Assembly: GCF_018977255.1 (NCBI RefSeq)
Contig: NW_024704747.1
Location: forward strand, 30,256,001 to 30,320,000
Reading direction: 5' to 3'
Origin: Callorhinchus milii
Lineage: Eukaryota
DNA length: 64,000 bases
Positions 26,196-40,279 of this stretch are shown in pieces. Both the position numbers and the translations under genes were made by a program. The notes under the pieces were generated by a model. The model made no database searches and was not told the origin of the DNA. It saw nothing but the letters and a program-made list of their open reading frames with translations. Position 1 is the first letter of the stretch, and each line of letters begins with the position of its first letter.

Positions 26196-28984
26196 TTCTT
26201 GAAACCGTTTCCTGTTATCCTGTTCTCTACTTGTTCTATTTAGTACGTAAACACTTAATTAATCCGGTTAGAAACTCACTTGTCCTCGTGAAGATGTTTT
26301 ACAGGATGTTGCAGGGGGACGTTTGATACACGTCTATGACCTTCAATATTGCTAACACATCCTTGGGACCTCCTCCCGACGTGAAAGGCGCTCTATAAAT
26401 GTAACTTTGTTGTTGTTGTTCTTACAGCTTTAAAGGCTGCTCAGTGTACGTCTAGTGGCTATTGCCATTTACAATCTGTGGCCTGTAGTTTATCTGAATT
26501 ACTAGTGTCCCAAGTGTAGTGCTTGACAGTGTTGATCTTTATCAACAGCTTGTTAGGCCAATGTCCTCCACTTTCAGAAAGATCGGAGGTCCTGTTTACT
26601 CTAGGCATTGTTAAATGTGGCATTCGGAAAGTAAGAGAACATTTAAACTTTAATTTCTACTCCTGAGGAATCCAATATTGGATTCAGTGAGTCAAACCTG
26701 GTGCATTACTGATATTCTGTCCCCGGGCATCAATATAATTAGATATATTTATTAAATATGTTACTGACATTTATGGCAGAACAGTAAGAGCAGAAACATG
26801 TTAACATTCCTCACACTGACAAGCTATCTGGGTTAGGCACTATAGAACCATAAAAATTTCCAGAACAGTAGGTCTATCCGGCCCATCGTGTCTATTTTAG
26901 CTCTTTCAAAGAGCAATTTATTCATTCCAATTGTACTTGCCTTTTTAACAAAAATAATCCTTGCATTCAATGCAGGGCTTTGTCACTTCGTTGCGACGTC
27001 TCAAAGCGCTTCACAGAACACATTGTAGAGTGAATTGACTGTGTCATTTGGGGGCAAAACCCGGCAGTCAATCACACACAGCAGTGTCCCACAAACAGTC
27101 GTGGATTTGAAAGTTGGGAAAGAGGGGGAAAGGTGGAGGGATGGAGGGAGAGAGTTCCAGAGTTTCGGGGTGTAGTAGCTGAAGACATGGCCACTGATGG
27201 TGGAGCAGAGGGGACGAGGGACAAGCAGGAGACTGGAGCCGGCCGAGACAACCTTCTACTTTGCTAATATTATTGTTTATGCAGTCCAGCAACTACACCT
27301 TATATTGGATCTCACGTCACTTTGTGTAAAGTTCAGGTGACGAGTTGCACACTTAACAAAGCTGTACCCAGGAAAGCCCAGTGTAAAATAGCAATGTGGC
27401 ATTTTCCGAGCTTTTCAGTTGCAATACGAGTAGTTAGAGGTGACGTTTCTTCACTCATCATATCGTAGAAATCTGTAATTGTCTCCCTGCTTCCCCCCTG
27501 CCCTCCACTCTCCCCGACCCCTAGCTCGGTCCGAAACTCTGTCTGTCCAGCGCCTTGGGACTTCCTCCCGACGTGAAAGGCACTATACATATGTAATTTT
27601 GTTGTTGTTGCTGTTGTTGTTGTCTGGTTAAAGACCCAGGTGTTTAACCTAGCATTAGATGACCGTGCGATCAATATCAGTAACACAATTGGCTATCACC
27701 ATATTAATAAAGCCCCTGAATACTGATTTACATTGATGATTATAGAGTTTCAATGGTGATCTTTACCTGCCTCGGCAGTAGGAACCCCTCACTGTGTGAC
27801 TAACTGTTATTGTAAGTTTAAACTCTGTTTGATAGCTATTTGGCACAGTAATTAGATGTTCTGACAGTTTTTTAGAGTTTAAGTCCCTTTATTGACTTTT
27901 ACTTCCAGACTGGTGAATGGAATACCAAATCTAATGGTATTAATGAGCTAAGGAACTTAGAAGCCTAGATATATATATATATACACACACATATATCATG
28001 TTCCTTTGTCATGCCAGTATTTATTTTAGCACTCACTTTAAAGTTATGACTGGCATAACACATTTTCCAATTATACATAGAGCTTCTTGTTCATTGGATT
28101 CTAATATCCTTGGTAAGGAATCTAAGTGTAACCTCCTTCAGTTGAGCAGGACTATGTCAAACCATGGGAACTCCACTCTGAAAGTAGATTATACATGGCC
28201 TACTTACAGTCTCCTTACTAAGAAATCCAACTAACAATAAGGGTATTTTAGGGCCTATTATAAGAAGAATCCTTGCATTTGATATAGAGCCTTATCACAT
28301 CGTCGAGACGTCTCAAAGCTCTTCATAGAATATAGTGTAAAGTGTAGTGACTGTGTATTTTGGGGCCAGCTAGTGGCTCAGCCAAGGGAAACTTTAGATA
28401 TTGCCATTTAATATTAGAACTGACAGCTATATTAATCAAACAAAAAATATCACCAACTCTTCTCTTTTTTTTTCGGTAAACAGTAGTACATATAGCCAGG
28501 AGCCACGGCATAAGATAACCTTTCACCCACATAATATACAGTCAATTCACCTTGCAGTATATTCTGTGAAGCGCTTTGAGACGTCTCAAAGACATGATAA
28601 GGCGCTGTATCAAATACGAGGATTATTATTATTATACCAGCGCAGGCTGGCCACCTCAAACAGCTGTAAGCTAAAGATTGCGGGACCTGAACATTTGCTA
28701 GTAAACCTTTCACATCTACAAGTTATTTGAAACAAAGCCTTGAGTTGAACTGCAGGCTTTAAGTTCTCAGGCCCTTCACACCAGGATAGCACGCTGAGGT
28801 TTTGATCAAAGACATTTTATTTTTCTCCCAAGCTCTATGCTTCTGAAAGGTTACAAAGAGCACTACCTTAGATAACAATTGCCTTTACAACCTTCTGTAT
28901 TTGTAGTCACCGCTTAGCCCTCCACCATATGGTGAGGAGCAATGAAAACCTTTGCCAAAGAGTCCTCATTCTTGGTGAGAAAAT

Positions 28985-29325
28985 AATAATTATAACAATT
29001 CTTGCATTTGATACAGCGCCTCATCACATCTTCAAGGCGTGTCAAAGCACTTCACAGATTATACTGTAAAATTAATTTTGTGGGCAAAATGCGGCAGCCA
29101 ATTGAGTGCAACAGCGTCCCACAAACAGTCGTGTATTGAAGTGACCAAATTATTATTATTTTGTATTTTTTGAACGGATTATTACACCCAGAAAGCGATC
29201 CATCAATCGACTAACAACCGGGTTCCTACTTTACTGCTAGATAAACAGAGGCATGTGTGTGGAGTAAGGAAACTTGCTCAACGTTTCGCCCTGCCCAGGA
29301 ATCGAACCCGAGTCCTCTCGTTTGC
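28985..29325 (-). mobile_element. Near full-length copy of the dominant tRNA-SINE
   Basis: Box B GGTTCGATTCC, body and tail present; box A end missing. Confidence 0.85.
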
Positions 29326-30395
29326 AGGTTAAAGAGGGATGGTAGTGGAAGCCTAGAGAGAACCTATCGGTCTTTCCCTGAGCTCCTGGTCATAGAAAAA
29401 GAATAAAAAATTTGGGATGAAATACCTTAGATAAATGGGGGGAGGAAGAGTGCAACTAAGTGCATTTCAACTCAAAATGAAAATGTCTTTTTTTTTGTAC
29501 TTTCTACTTTTTACAACAAGAAGAGCATTTTGAGTCCACAGTTATGCCCCCAAAAAAGTTCAGATGGAAGTAATGATGTAAGAAAAATATTTTATTATAA
29601 AAATGGACAGAAAGCATGACTCGATCTTTATAATGGGAACGAACCATTATTGCTGAACCGAGGCTACAGACAGGCAATTACTTTTGCAAAGCATGTGTTT
29701 GCCTTAAACAAAGACACTCTCTGTGGAACCACCGGGTAGTAATGGCATGAGCTCAGGGCCTCAAACTATAGTCTAGCCGTGAATTCAAGAAGTGAAAATA
29801 CAAGTGTTATTGAGTGAAAGTCCATTACCTGTACATCTGTACTTCATAAGCCAATTGATTGATTGATTGATTGACCGACCGATCTTGTATCCATTGGCTC
29901 ATTTATCTTGTGTTTTGCTTTTACGCTAATTGCCAGATAATATTTGAATTGCACATTACATGCTCTCCAAAAAAAGAGCTTGCTTCTCTTGACTTTGCAT
30001 GTAACGCAGCCACCTGGTCATCATCATTGTCTGGGTGTCTGGTGACTGATCCCATTTCTGAGATGACGTAATATAATGTTGTTAGAAGGAATGACTCCTT
30101 TGTTTAACTGATATAATTGTTTTATTATTCAGAAAACGTAATGAGTAAGTAGATGTATTTTTACGATTCGAAAGTTGAATAAATTGTAATTACTGAAATG
30201 ACTAGTTAATGCGTTCTTATTAATTATATAAATAAAAGACGGTGCTTTGCATAATGATGATGAGAAATCCTAATCTGCTGAGTAGACTGATCAGCATCAC
30301 AACATAAAATGATGGAATAATAAATGGTGTAATCATTGTGCTCTCTCCCACAGTCTAAAGTCTTGTATGTGTTTTACTGTTCATTTTCCCCGCAG

Positions 30396-30610
30396 GACAT
30401 TTTAACCATATCAAGTCCAGCCTATTGGGCTCCACGTCCGATTCTAATCTCAACAAATACAGCACCATTAGCAAGATTCCTCAAATCACCTTGAACTTTT
30501 CCGATATAAAACCTGAAAAGAAGAGTTCATCCCCACCGTCCTCAGAGAAGACCATCATCGCCCCCAAAGTGAAGGAGAGGACACACAACGTGACTGAGAA
30601 AGTCACACAG
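30396..30610 (+). CDS. KCNH7: KCNH7 exon about 6: distal N-terminus
   Basis: Boundaries cgcag|GA...ACACAG|gtaagg; 215 nt. Encodes [34 protein letters not shown]...[19 protein letters not shown]. Confidence 0.96.
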
Positions 30611-30944
30611 GTAAGGAATAAAAATAGAAGTCGCTGGGAACCCGCAGCAGGTCAGGCAGCATCTACGGAGAGGTAAGGTGCTAGGACAGTCAAAACAATT
30701 TTTTTAAATTTTCTTCCAAATTTCTTTTGCTGAAGATTGTTTCTTTCAACTCTCTTTTTAAAAGTTATCAGATTCCTTAATATTCCTGTAAATCCATTTG
30801 CTAGAGATTAGTGTGACTTTCAGGGAACATCGCAGTAATAGCCACAGGCCAAAACGACACCTAATTATTTCATTGCTCCAGTCAACTGGTAATTGGCCCT
30901 ATGGCTATGTTTTGTCCTGGAAAAATAAATGAATTCTAGCAATC

Positions 30945-31030
30945 TAGAGTATAAAATCAAGGCAATTATGTTGAACCTTTACAAATCGCTGGTTAGGCCT
31001 AAACTGGAGCATTGTGTCCAATTCTGTGGA
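30945..31030 (+). mobile_element. CR1 LINE ORF2 fragment
   Basis: Translates to EYKIKAIMLNLYKSLVRPKLEHCVQF, matching the CR1 motif LYKxLVRPHLEYCVQF. Confidence 0.75.
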
Positions 31031-34000
31031 GTGACATCAGTGGTGACTTGATAACCCAGAACAACAACAACAACAAAATGACATTTATAGAGCGCCTTTC
31101 ATGTCGGGAGGACGTCCCAAAGCGCTGAACAGTCAGGTGTCGAGGTCCGAGCATAGGGGAGGAGTGGTGTAAGGGTGAGGGAAGGCAGAGAGGTGGGAGG
31201 GCGACCAAAGGCACGATCGAAGAAGTGTAGGTAGGTCGACAGTAGATGAGACATAAACTATAATCTTAGAGCAAACTCCAGCAAACCGGCAGTCTAGTGA
31301 GGAGGGCTCTATATCACGATTGTCCCATAGGTGATTTAAACTCCAGCTGAGGTGACTGGTTGCTTTGGAGGGCAAACGAGCATGACTTCTTGACTGGCAT
31401 CCATGGCAATGTACCTCTGGAGATGGAAAAGAGTCTAAACATGTTCTGGAAAGGACAGGGAGGGAATTGGTGAAAGGAGGAAAAATAAAATGTGCTTTGA
31501 ATTATTCACATAGGCCAAATCATCCATAGGTACATTGTTAGAGATTTATAAATTATTCAAGAGGAAACTGGAAGCTTTATTAGCTATCTGAGGTGTGATA
31601 TGTGACAACTCACCACGTACAGGTGTTGTATTAATCCACAGTTAGGTGCTAAAATTATAACGTTTACAACATTCATTACTGCAATTGCTCCAATTGGCAA
31701 TGTTACTTACAGAATTTGATGAGCGTATCAGAAAGTAATAGTCTTAAGTATTAAAACAAAACTTGTGGTTAGAGGAACAGAGTCAATTGGAGGAATGGGT
31801 CACAAAATTAGAATTTATTTGATGAGATGAGAAAGATTTAAAGACATTTTTCACAGATTATGCCAGAGACTGATCGAATGAGAGCAATATAATAATAATC
31901 CTTGCATTTGAGATAGCACCTCATCACGTCTTCGAGACGTCTCAAAGTGCTTCACAGGATATACTGTAACGTGAATTGACTGTGTATTTTGTGGGCGAAA
32001 CGAGGCAGCCAATTGCGCACAGCAGCGTCCCACAAACAGTCGGGGATTGAGTAATGCCTTTTATCTGCTCTGTACTGAGCCCCTGCTTTCATCATTGGCG
32101 TTACAGCAATGTCAGGGTCTCAGTGTTGTGATTACGTGTCTCTTATTGCAACACAATCTGTTTTCACTTTATTTTGGACCCAGCATCGCACAGTCAGCAG
32201 TTTATAAGTGAAGAACAAAGCCTTGATCCCATGTGGGTACAAGACCAAGTGGGCAACTTGATAACAGCCCCGCTAAGCAATAATAAAACACCATCAATAA
32301 CACTAACCCTAAAAAGGGGCTATTACTGTATTTACAACAATTCATTCCAAATCTGCAACGATGGGCTGTGAAAGGCCAGATAAGCTGAAGAAGACGTCCT
32401 CCTGCAAACCATTCTCAGAGCGATGGGTAGTGGCTAAAGATAACGGCCGTGTGTTTTTTATAAAGAAAAGGACGTTGTCAAGGTTTGGGTGAGATTGTAA
32501 ATATACTGAGTGCCTGGAACATCAAGGAACCGGCTCCTGCGAGCTGCTCCTCCACAGACTAGCAAAGTGATTGATGTCGCAGCCGATCTCTGCGTCACAC
32601 CATCTTTTGGTCGAGTTTTACCCACGTTATTTGACAGCGGGGAGGCATCGCAGCGAAGGCAAACAGCGCCCGGCCAAGTAGAAAGATCAGTACAGTGTTA
32701 CTTATTAATCAGATTCTTAAAGTTCTGTCTAAGATAATTGGCCAAAGAGCCAGCGAGGAGAGGAGAATTTTTTTAATAATTCTTTTTTTGACAATAATCC
32801 CTGCATTGATGTAGCGTCTTATCACGTCATTGCGATGTCTCAAAGCGCTTCACAGAATTCAACTGTAAAGTGAAGTGACTGTGTATTTTGTGGGCGAAAC
32901 ATTACGTGTTATGTGAAGTCCTCCCTATCACTTTTCATCAGTGGGAGCTTGAAGTTGCTTGAGGAGTATAGAAGTGTTTTTAGTGCTATAGAGCAGCATT
33001 AGTAGTATACCATCAAGAGGTCTGTGCTTCAACAAGAGAAACCAGGCACAAGTTGGATTTAGTTGAGGAGGATCAATACAAACACAAACACATTCCTGGC
33101 CATCGGAAAGGGTTTCCAAGCCTTTATATATGGAAATGAGTCTGGACCCAGCTAAACTGGATTTTCATTTGTAAATGGTATTTAGGTAGAAATCGGCACA
33201 AATCCTTTTAGTTGGGAACATGGATTCAGATCCAAGTGCCTCTCAATTCACTCTCAGTTAGTAACTGCTCGGTTAGTGCGCCACAAAGGTTATGTTTGGA
33301 CTTGAGATACATAATGACGACTTCTAGTTTACAACTTTATCGCAGCTTGTTAAAATTCCGAAAAGGTCAGAAGAAATGTGAGATGTGTTTTGAGCCGTGA
33401 GCAAATGGAAGAAGGTTTATGGTGATTGGACCTTTGGTATTTCACAGTCTGTGTAGAGCCTTTCTGAACTGAGTGCCAATTGTGATGTATGTTATTGATT
33501 AAAGCCAAAGACATAATACTGACAGAAACTCAGACTATTTGGATCTCGTTCCACGTCATTTTCGACATTTAAAACAGCGAACAGATAAATCATTTAGATT
33601 CTTAAATACATTGAGTATTTTGTGTATGTTAATAGTAATTTGGTCAGTCAATCCACGACTGTTTGTGGGACGCTGCTGTGCGCAATTGGCTGCCGCATTT
33701 CGCCCACAAAATACACAGTCAATTCATTTTACAGCTTAGAGACGTCTCGAAGACATGGGAGGGGGGAGGTGACCGTAGGGACAGTCGAAGAGGAAGGTCT
33801 TCAGGCGCGACCTGAAGATAGGGAAGGAAGGGGCAAGTTGGATACTTCTTAAAAGAAACTTAAAACATTCCAATTGTGTGGCTCGTTTTTGTCTGGGGTA
33901 AAATCATTAGCATAGTTGTAAATGAGGTGTGATTTACTCTCAGATCTTTGAAGTATCTCACACTGTGTTCTGCCTGCGTCTTTCCTTTGTGCAATCTCAA

Positions 34001-34439
34001 AAGACGTTGGTTCCATCTCAGTGTCGTATATAAGTGGCGAATAAGCATCAAAGTGCAAGGCCAGCAATAGTTCTGCTTTTACTTAAGAGTTTGCTTTCAT
34101 CATCCTCATTATTAAGATTTCATTAACGAGTACTAATAGTTTATTCATGGCTCAAAAAAAATCTGTCTGTACCTCTATAGCTCTGCACCAAAGGCTTGCT
34201 GAATCACATTATATCCAAGTAGTTGTCCTTGTAAAATTACAAAATAATTGTAATTACCTAAAGAGTTTAATTTAGCCTATTTTATTTTAGTCAATTATTG
34301 GATCGCTTTCTGGAAGGATGCAAGGATTATTATTATTTTAAAATATTAAAAAAATTAACTTGATATTTTGTTGTACGTAACAAGAAATATTCCCCTCATG
34401 CTATTTAAGAGATTTGTACTGAGCAGCGAGAACCATAAT

Positions 34440-34786
34440 AATCATAATAATAATCCTTGCATTTGATACAGCACCTCATCAAGTTTTCGAGATGGCTCAA
34501 AGCGCTTCACAGAATATACTGTAAAGTGAATTGACTGTATATGTTGCGCACAGCAGTGTCCCTCAAACAGTCGTGGTTTGAGTGACCAAATAATTTTTTA
34601 AAAGGGATTATTACCCCAGGAAAGCGATCCGCCAATCGACTTAACAACTGGGTTCCTACTTACTGCTGGTAAACAGAGGGGTGTGGAGTAAGGAAACTTG
34701 CCCAACGTTTCGCCCTGACCCGGGAATCAAACCCGGGTCCTCTCGCTTGCGAGGAGAGTGCTCTAACCACTGAGCTACAGGACTCC
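34440..34786 (-). mobile_element. Full-length copy of the dominant tRNA-SINE
   Basis: Same head (GGAGTCCTGTAGCTCAGTGGTTAGAGCACTC...CTCGCAAG) and tail (GTGAAGCGCTTTGAG...TCAAATGCAAGGATTATT). Confidence 0.9.
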
Positions 34787-35087
34787 AACTATGATCATTG
34801 GTTTAGTTATTCCTGAGCCTGCTCACAGGAGGAGTCATGCTGTGGGATTCAATGAGACACCAATGGCTTTCCTGACCTTCACAAAGGCCTTTAACCTCAC
34901 AAGTTTGAACTTGGAGCAACTTCATCTGCCCAGAGATGCCTGACTGACACAGGCTCCCTCCCTGCCCTGACACAAACATTTACTGCTGGGGAGAGTCTGC
35001 GGAGAGAGAGAGAGAACAAAGGGCACAGCTGGGAAAGGGCTGGGGAATTGTGGCAGGGACAGCAGGAGTAATAGGAAAAATGTGGAG

Positions 35088-35460
35088 ACATGGAACATAG
35101 GAACAGGAGGAGGCCATTCAGCCCCTCGAGCCTGTTCCTCCGTTCTGTTAGATCATGGCTGATGATAATAATAATCCTTGCATTTGATACAGCGCCTTAT
35201 CACATCTTCGAGACATCTCAAAGCGCTTCACAGATTATACTGTAAAGTGAATTGACTGTGTATTTTTGTGGACGAAATGAGGCATCAATTACCCGCCTTT
35301 GCCCCATATCCCTTGATCCCCTGACCCAACAAAACCATATCCACCTCAGTCTTGAAAATGTGACTGGATCCGGCCCTAATCCACAGACTTTTGGGGGAGG
35401 GAGAGAGAGTTCCAAGATTTCCACTTTACCCTTTGTGTGAAAAAAACTGCTTCCTGATTT
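35088..35460 (-). mobile_element. CR1 LINE 3' end interrupted by a SINE tail
   Basis: On -: ...CTCGAGGGGCTGAATGGCCTCCTCCTGTTCCTATGTTCC tail, with upstream CR1 sequence split by a SINE copy at about 35165-35280. Confidence 0.7.
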
Positions 35461-38400
35461 AAAGAGAAAGAGATGGAAGGAGAATTAGGAATAATTCAAC
35501 AGATAAGGGTTTAGATAGACTTCCTCCACAGAGCCTGAAAGGGTTGAGAACTGTTAGTTTTTTTAATGAAGGTATGTTTTATCCCTCATCCCTCCAGAGG
35601 GAAATTAAAATGATTTATCTCGCTCGCTCAGTCGCTCACTCTAGTGTTTCCAGCTTTGCTGTTCCTGCTTCCCTTCAGATCAACATGACTACGAATCTCC
35701 AAATACCTGCCCATGGGCTGCCCTGCAAAATGGAAGTCAGATGTGAACTCTGTTCTGGGTTCCTTTGTACTTGATTGACTGTTTAAATGCAGGGCTTTAA
35801 TGCACATTCACTGTAAACAATAAGTACTTACAAAATACTAAACAGACACATGCCATATTGCTCAGTCATTGACAGCGGAGAGAAAGGTTTTTTTTCTCTA
35901 GTAAATGAAATGGCTGATCAAGAACTGGAATTCCTGGGAATACGTATTTCACTTAATGACTTGGGGCAATATATCACCGACTTTCTGCCTGTTGCGCCAT
36001 ATGTTTGATATTAATTCTGTCACTTTTAAGAGAAATCAGAGCTCGGCCCCGTTACATAACCTTGAATTGCTTCTTTGTGTTTCAACAGATGCCGTTTATG
36101 CCAAGGAATAAACAAAAGGGGTATTTTTCTCTTCACGCAAGTGTGTGTATTTCTCTAACTATATAAACCTGATAAAAATGCCACAATCCTGTGTGGTCAA
36201 TAATTTTGATTGATGAACTCCTCGATTTCCATTTTGCTATATTTTTAATCGATTAAAAACCGCTGTTGTTTGTAACTAGCTTTGGTCTAATAGATCAAAT
36301 CAAAGTACAAACCTGTGGCAATGCAATCAGTGAGTTTCTTAAAATAACAAAATAGGTTGTTGATCAAAGTAACAGTAAAACTGGCTGTGTACATCCTTCA
36401 TCCAGTCCAGATAAAGTACTGGACACAAAATATACAGCGTTTGGCCCACAAAACACACAGTCACAACACTTTACAGTATATTCTGTGAAGCGCTTCGAGA
36501 CGTCTCGAAGACGTGATAAGGCGCTGTATCAAATAATAATAATAATCCTTGCATTTGATACAATGCCTTATCATGTCTCTGAGTTTGTATCAGCTATGTA
36601 TATACCGGGGAGGACAGTGAATATTTTAAATGATTTCTAAGACGTCTGTCGTTTTAAACAATTTTTGAAATCAATGGCACTTTTTCCTAGGAAACTGGGA
36701 TAGGCTGATAAGAATAGGATGTCTCCGGCTGCTGACACATTTCTGCATCAGTTGCATTATTATACTCGCAGGATATAAAACATTAAGCTGGTTGGCTGGT
36801 CTGGTGACAGATGGAAACAGGACTGTATCATCCTCTCTGTGAAGCAGACAGCCTGGACATGAACATTGAGAGGCTGTCCTGCAGTTATATCTAATTAGAT
36901 ATCTTAATTAAATCACATGAGTCGAGGGAAACATACTTATTGTTGTTGTTGTCGTACTGTAAAGTGCAGTCACTGAAGGCACTTCGAAGGCCTGATCAAA
37001 TGCAAGGATTCTTCTAAATTGGCATAACATATTTCCAATTCCCTGGCTGAGGAATCCCAGGCTATTGCCGCATGTCAGACCCATGTGTTTTACTGTCAAT
37101 GTCAAACAGGAGCAGGTACCATGGTATAGTCTGCAATAGGGTATTTCATTAATCACACTGGCCGTGCTGTAGATAAGACTGCCTGCTGACTGCCAACTCG
37201 TGAGCAGTATTGGGCCGTTGGCCAAAATGCCCCTGGACCTGGGGTGAGATTGCCCGCCCGGTGGATTAGCCAACTCAGCACGGAGCAGAAAACAGAACCT
37301 GTGGCTGTCCTGCCGATCACTTCTCACCGTCACACTGCAGTGAATTAGCCACTCGCTAAACTATCAGGACACCTTTCACTGCCTTGTATTAAATCAGAGA
37401 GTTTGATGGTAAGCAGCACGTTTCAAGAAAATGTGCGACTCCACATTTCAGAAGGAACGGTTTGATTTGATTTCCCAGCAGGAAATGTAGTGCAGTACAA
37501 TAACACGCTGAGCACCAATTAGAAAAATACAGCAGCGGAAGGTTCTAGAGCTTAGGCTGTACATCACTTTGCAGCCCATCTGGTGAATCTGTACACAGTG
37601 ATGTATATGTCCTATAATTAGACCTTCCCAGCTTCATCAATGTAACTCGTTGAATAACTCTGGAAATTAAATTGCTGTGGTGAAGTGGGATGTCTGTCAC
37701 TTATATACGTATGATCCAGAAATTCTCCAGACGAGGCAGGAATGTAATACATTCCCTTGGAATTGACTGACAACTGCATTGAAGGCTGTCGGAAAAAAAT
37801 CCATTTCTCATTATGCAAAATGTACTGGGTTTATGTGATGCCCTTCTGAGGAGGAGCTTTCATTTTGTTTGGATAAGCGGTAACATTTTTCTGCATCGCC
37901 AATTAATTCAGGCATCCAGTTTGTCCAGCATTTCCCCGATGAAGAAATTGCAGCACCCTGTGGCAAATGTTGTGGCAAATATTAGTGGCCTATGCAAAAT
38001 CAGATTTTTTAAAAAAATAATAATTTGATCACTCAATCCACGACTGTTTGTGGGACGCTGCTGTGCGTAATTTTGCCCACAAAATACACAGTCAATTCAC
38101 TTTACAGTATATTCTGTGAAGCGCTTTGAGACGTCACAAAGACGTGATAAAGCTCTGTATCAAATGCAAGGATTATTATTATTATTAAAATACAGAGCCA
38201 CTGTGCTTTATAGTAGTTCCTGTGAAGATGTTGTCCTGATGTGAAAGGCAATGGATCAAACGCAAGGATTATTATCAAGATATCATAGAGGAATAGAAAT
38301 ACAGCAGAGGGTGGGGTGAAGCCATTTGGCAATTGTACATAAAATATTTTGTAATCTTGTGTCGATGATATTTTATTTTAGGTTAGTTTGAGAGGCCGAT

Positions 38401-40263
38401 TATTGTATCAGCTTGATTTTGCCAATACCAGATCTTCATTATATTCAGGCAAAAGCTTGTGATTGGATCTTTCTTGGTGTCATACATTTGTGTAGCATCT
38501 GGCATTAATTCAGCACTAACGTTAATGCATACCATGTCCCTGTATGAGAAAGCAGAGATAGGAGCAGATTTCCCCCTGAAGCAGCAGTATACAAAGGAAC
38601 CATTCCTTGCTCTCGCTATCCCTCTCCCTATGGGATTTCATGCTTATAGAATTTATGGGGGGAGGGAGTTGAGCTGTTTTATGCCCTAAAGCAATGTCAC
38701 CTCTTTGGAGACACACACACACACAGTCCTTACTATTGAGAAACCACACTGATTTTATAGAATAGCTTTTGATGAGATTCTAGCAGTCGGTGCATGTTTA
38801 ACTCAATCTCATCGCAATACAGCATTTTTAGGGTGCTACTGAGGTTGCATATATATATATATATAAAAAAACTATTTTGGGGTGTGGTTTTGCCAGTCAA
38901 AATAGCATCTTACCCTGATGCAAATCATATAAAATAGGGCTCAGAGACTTGCGTGTCTAGTTTCAGTGAAGCAGCTATTCTCTGGGGTATGGCTGGGATG
39001 TGAGGCTGCTTTTGTATTTAATGTGCCGGTTAAGTGGAGACATGCATGAACAAGAGAGATATGAAGATTGCTGTTTTCACAATAATCCTGCTTCATTTAC
39101 TGTCTTTCCAGACAGATTTAAGACTATTTTATGAAACATGTTATCATGGAAATTAATAATAACATATAATAAATAGGATAATTTAATAATAAATTGGCTG
39201 CTATGTTTCGCCCACAAAATATAGTCAATGTGCTTTGTGGTATATTCTGTGAAGCAGTATGGCTGGACTCATTTCAGAAACTACTTGAAGCTGTAATGGG
39301 ATAAGTAAAGCTAGGGTAAGTATTCTAGAAGAATGAGATCAAATGGTCCTTCCTCATTAGTGTCTCTCTTGTGATCTTCTGAAGTAACGATTTTTAATGT
39401 ATTTCCAACAGTCCAAAGACCACTCATTCTGTATAACAGTCTCCAGTGAGCAGAAATATACTGCAGCTTCACATAACTTAACATATCGAAGCCTCATACC
39501 ATTTTGCCCACAAAATACACAGTCAATTCACTTTACAGTACATTCTGTGACATGTTTTGAGAAGTCTCGAAGACGTGATAGGACGCGACATCAAATGCCA
39601 GGATTATTATACCAAGGATTTCAGTGCTTCAAACCCCAATGCCCCGAGCACAGTAATATGCCTATTTGTTAAAAATGCAAACATAGAGAATGTTTTCACT
39701 CGTCCATTCCAGCAAATGTCTCTGGGACTTCCACATGTAGGTGGGATGTATGGAATTCTCAGCTCGGTTTGGTTACACTTAAGCAATGGTGACGGGTTTC
39801 CGTGAGTGTCAGACACCCGGAGGACCAAAAAAAAATCTGTATCCAAAGTGATTTCTGGAAATAAAAGCTGAGCACTACAGCAAGAAGACGATTTAAGGGA
39901 GACTAAAGTTTTACTGTTCTGTGGGCCCTTTGGCATTACTCAATACTCAATACTTTAAGCAACTTGATTGGATTTTACTGCAGCCTATTTCTGGAGCACA
40001 TTATGTGAGTCAGCTGCTGACTGCAGACATAGTCAGTTCACACAATAGTTACCAACTGTGTTTTGTGAACTCTCAGATGCTCTTTGCTCTTTTCCTTCTC
40101 AAACGTTCGTCCAAAAAAAAGGTACAGATATGTGAATTTTGCAAATAAATGTCACGAGAGGCTCCAGAGCATATTATTTTTATTACAATATCAGTCACTT
40201 TACATAAAATGTAGGGATTTCACAGTGTGGTTTACCCAATGGTGACAAATTACAATGACTGCA

Positions 40264-40279
40264 TTGCCACCTAGTGAAC
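40264..40279 (-). promoter_or_regulatory. Candidate CTCF site
   Basis: The - strand reads GTTCACTAGGTGGCAA, one mismatch from the core consensus. Confidence 0.35.

Noticed and set aside
34710-34786. tRNA-Ala(CGC)-like sequence with A and B boxes (also at 3131, 9851, 13350)
   Set aside because: It runs directly into the SINE body in every copy and lacks a proper acceptor stem. It is a SINE head, not a tRNA gene.
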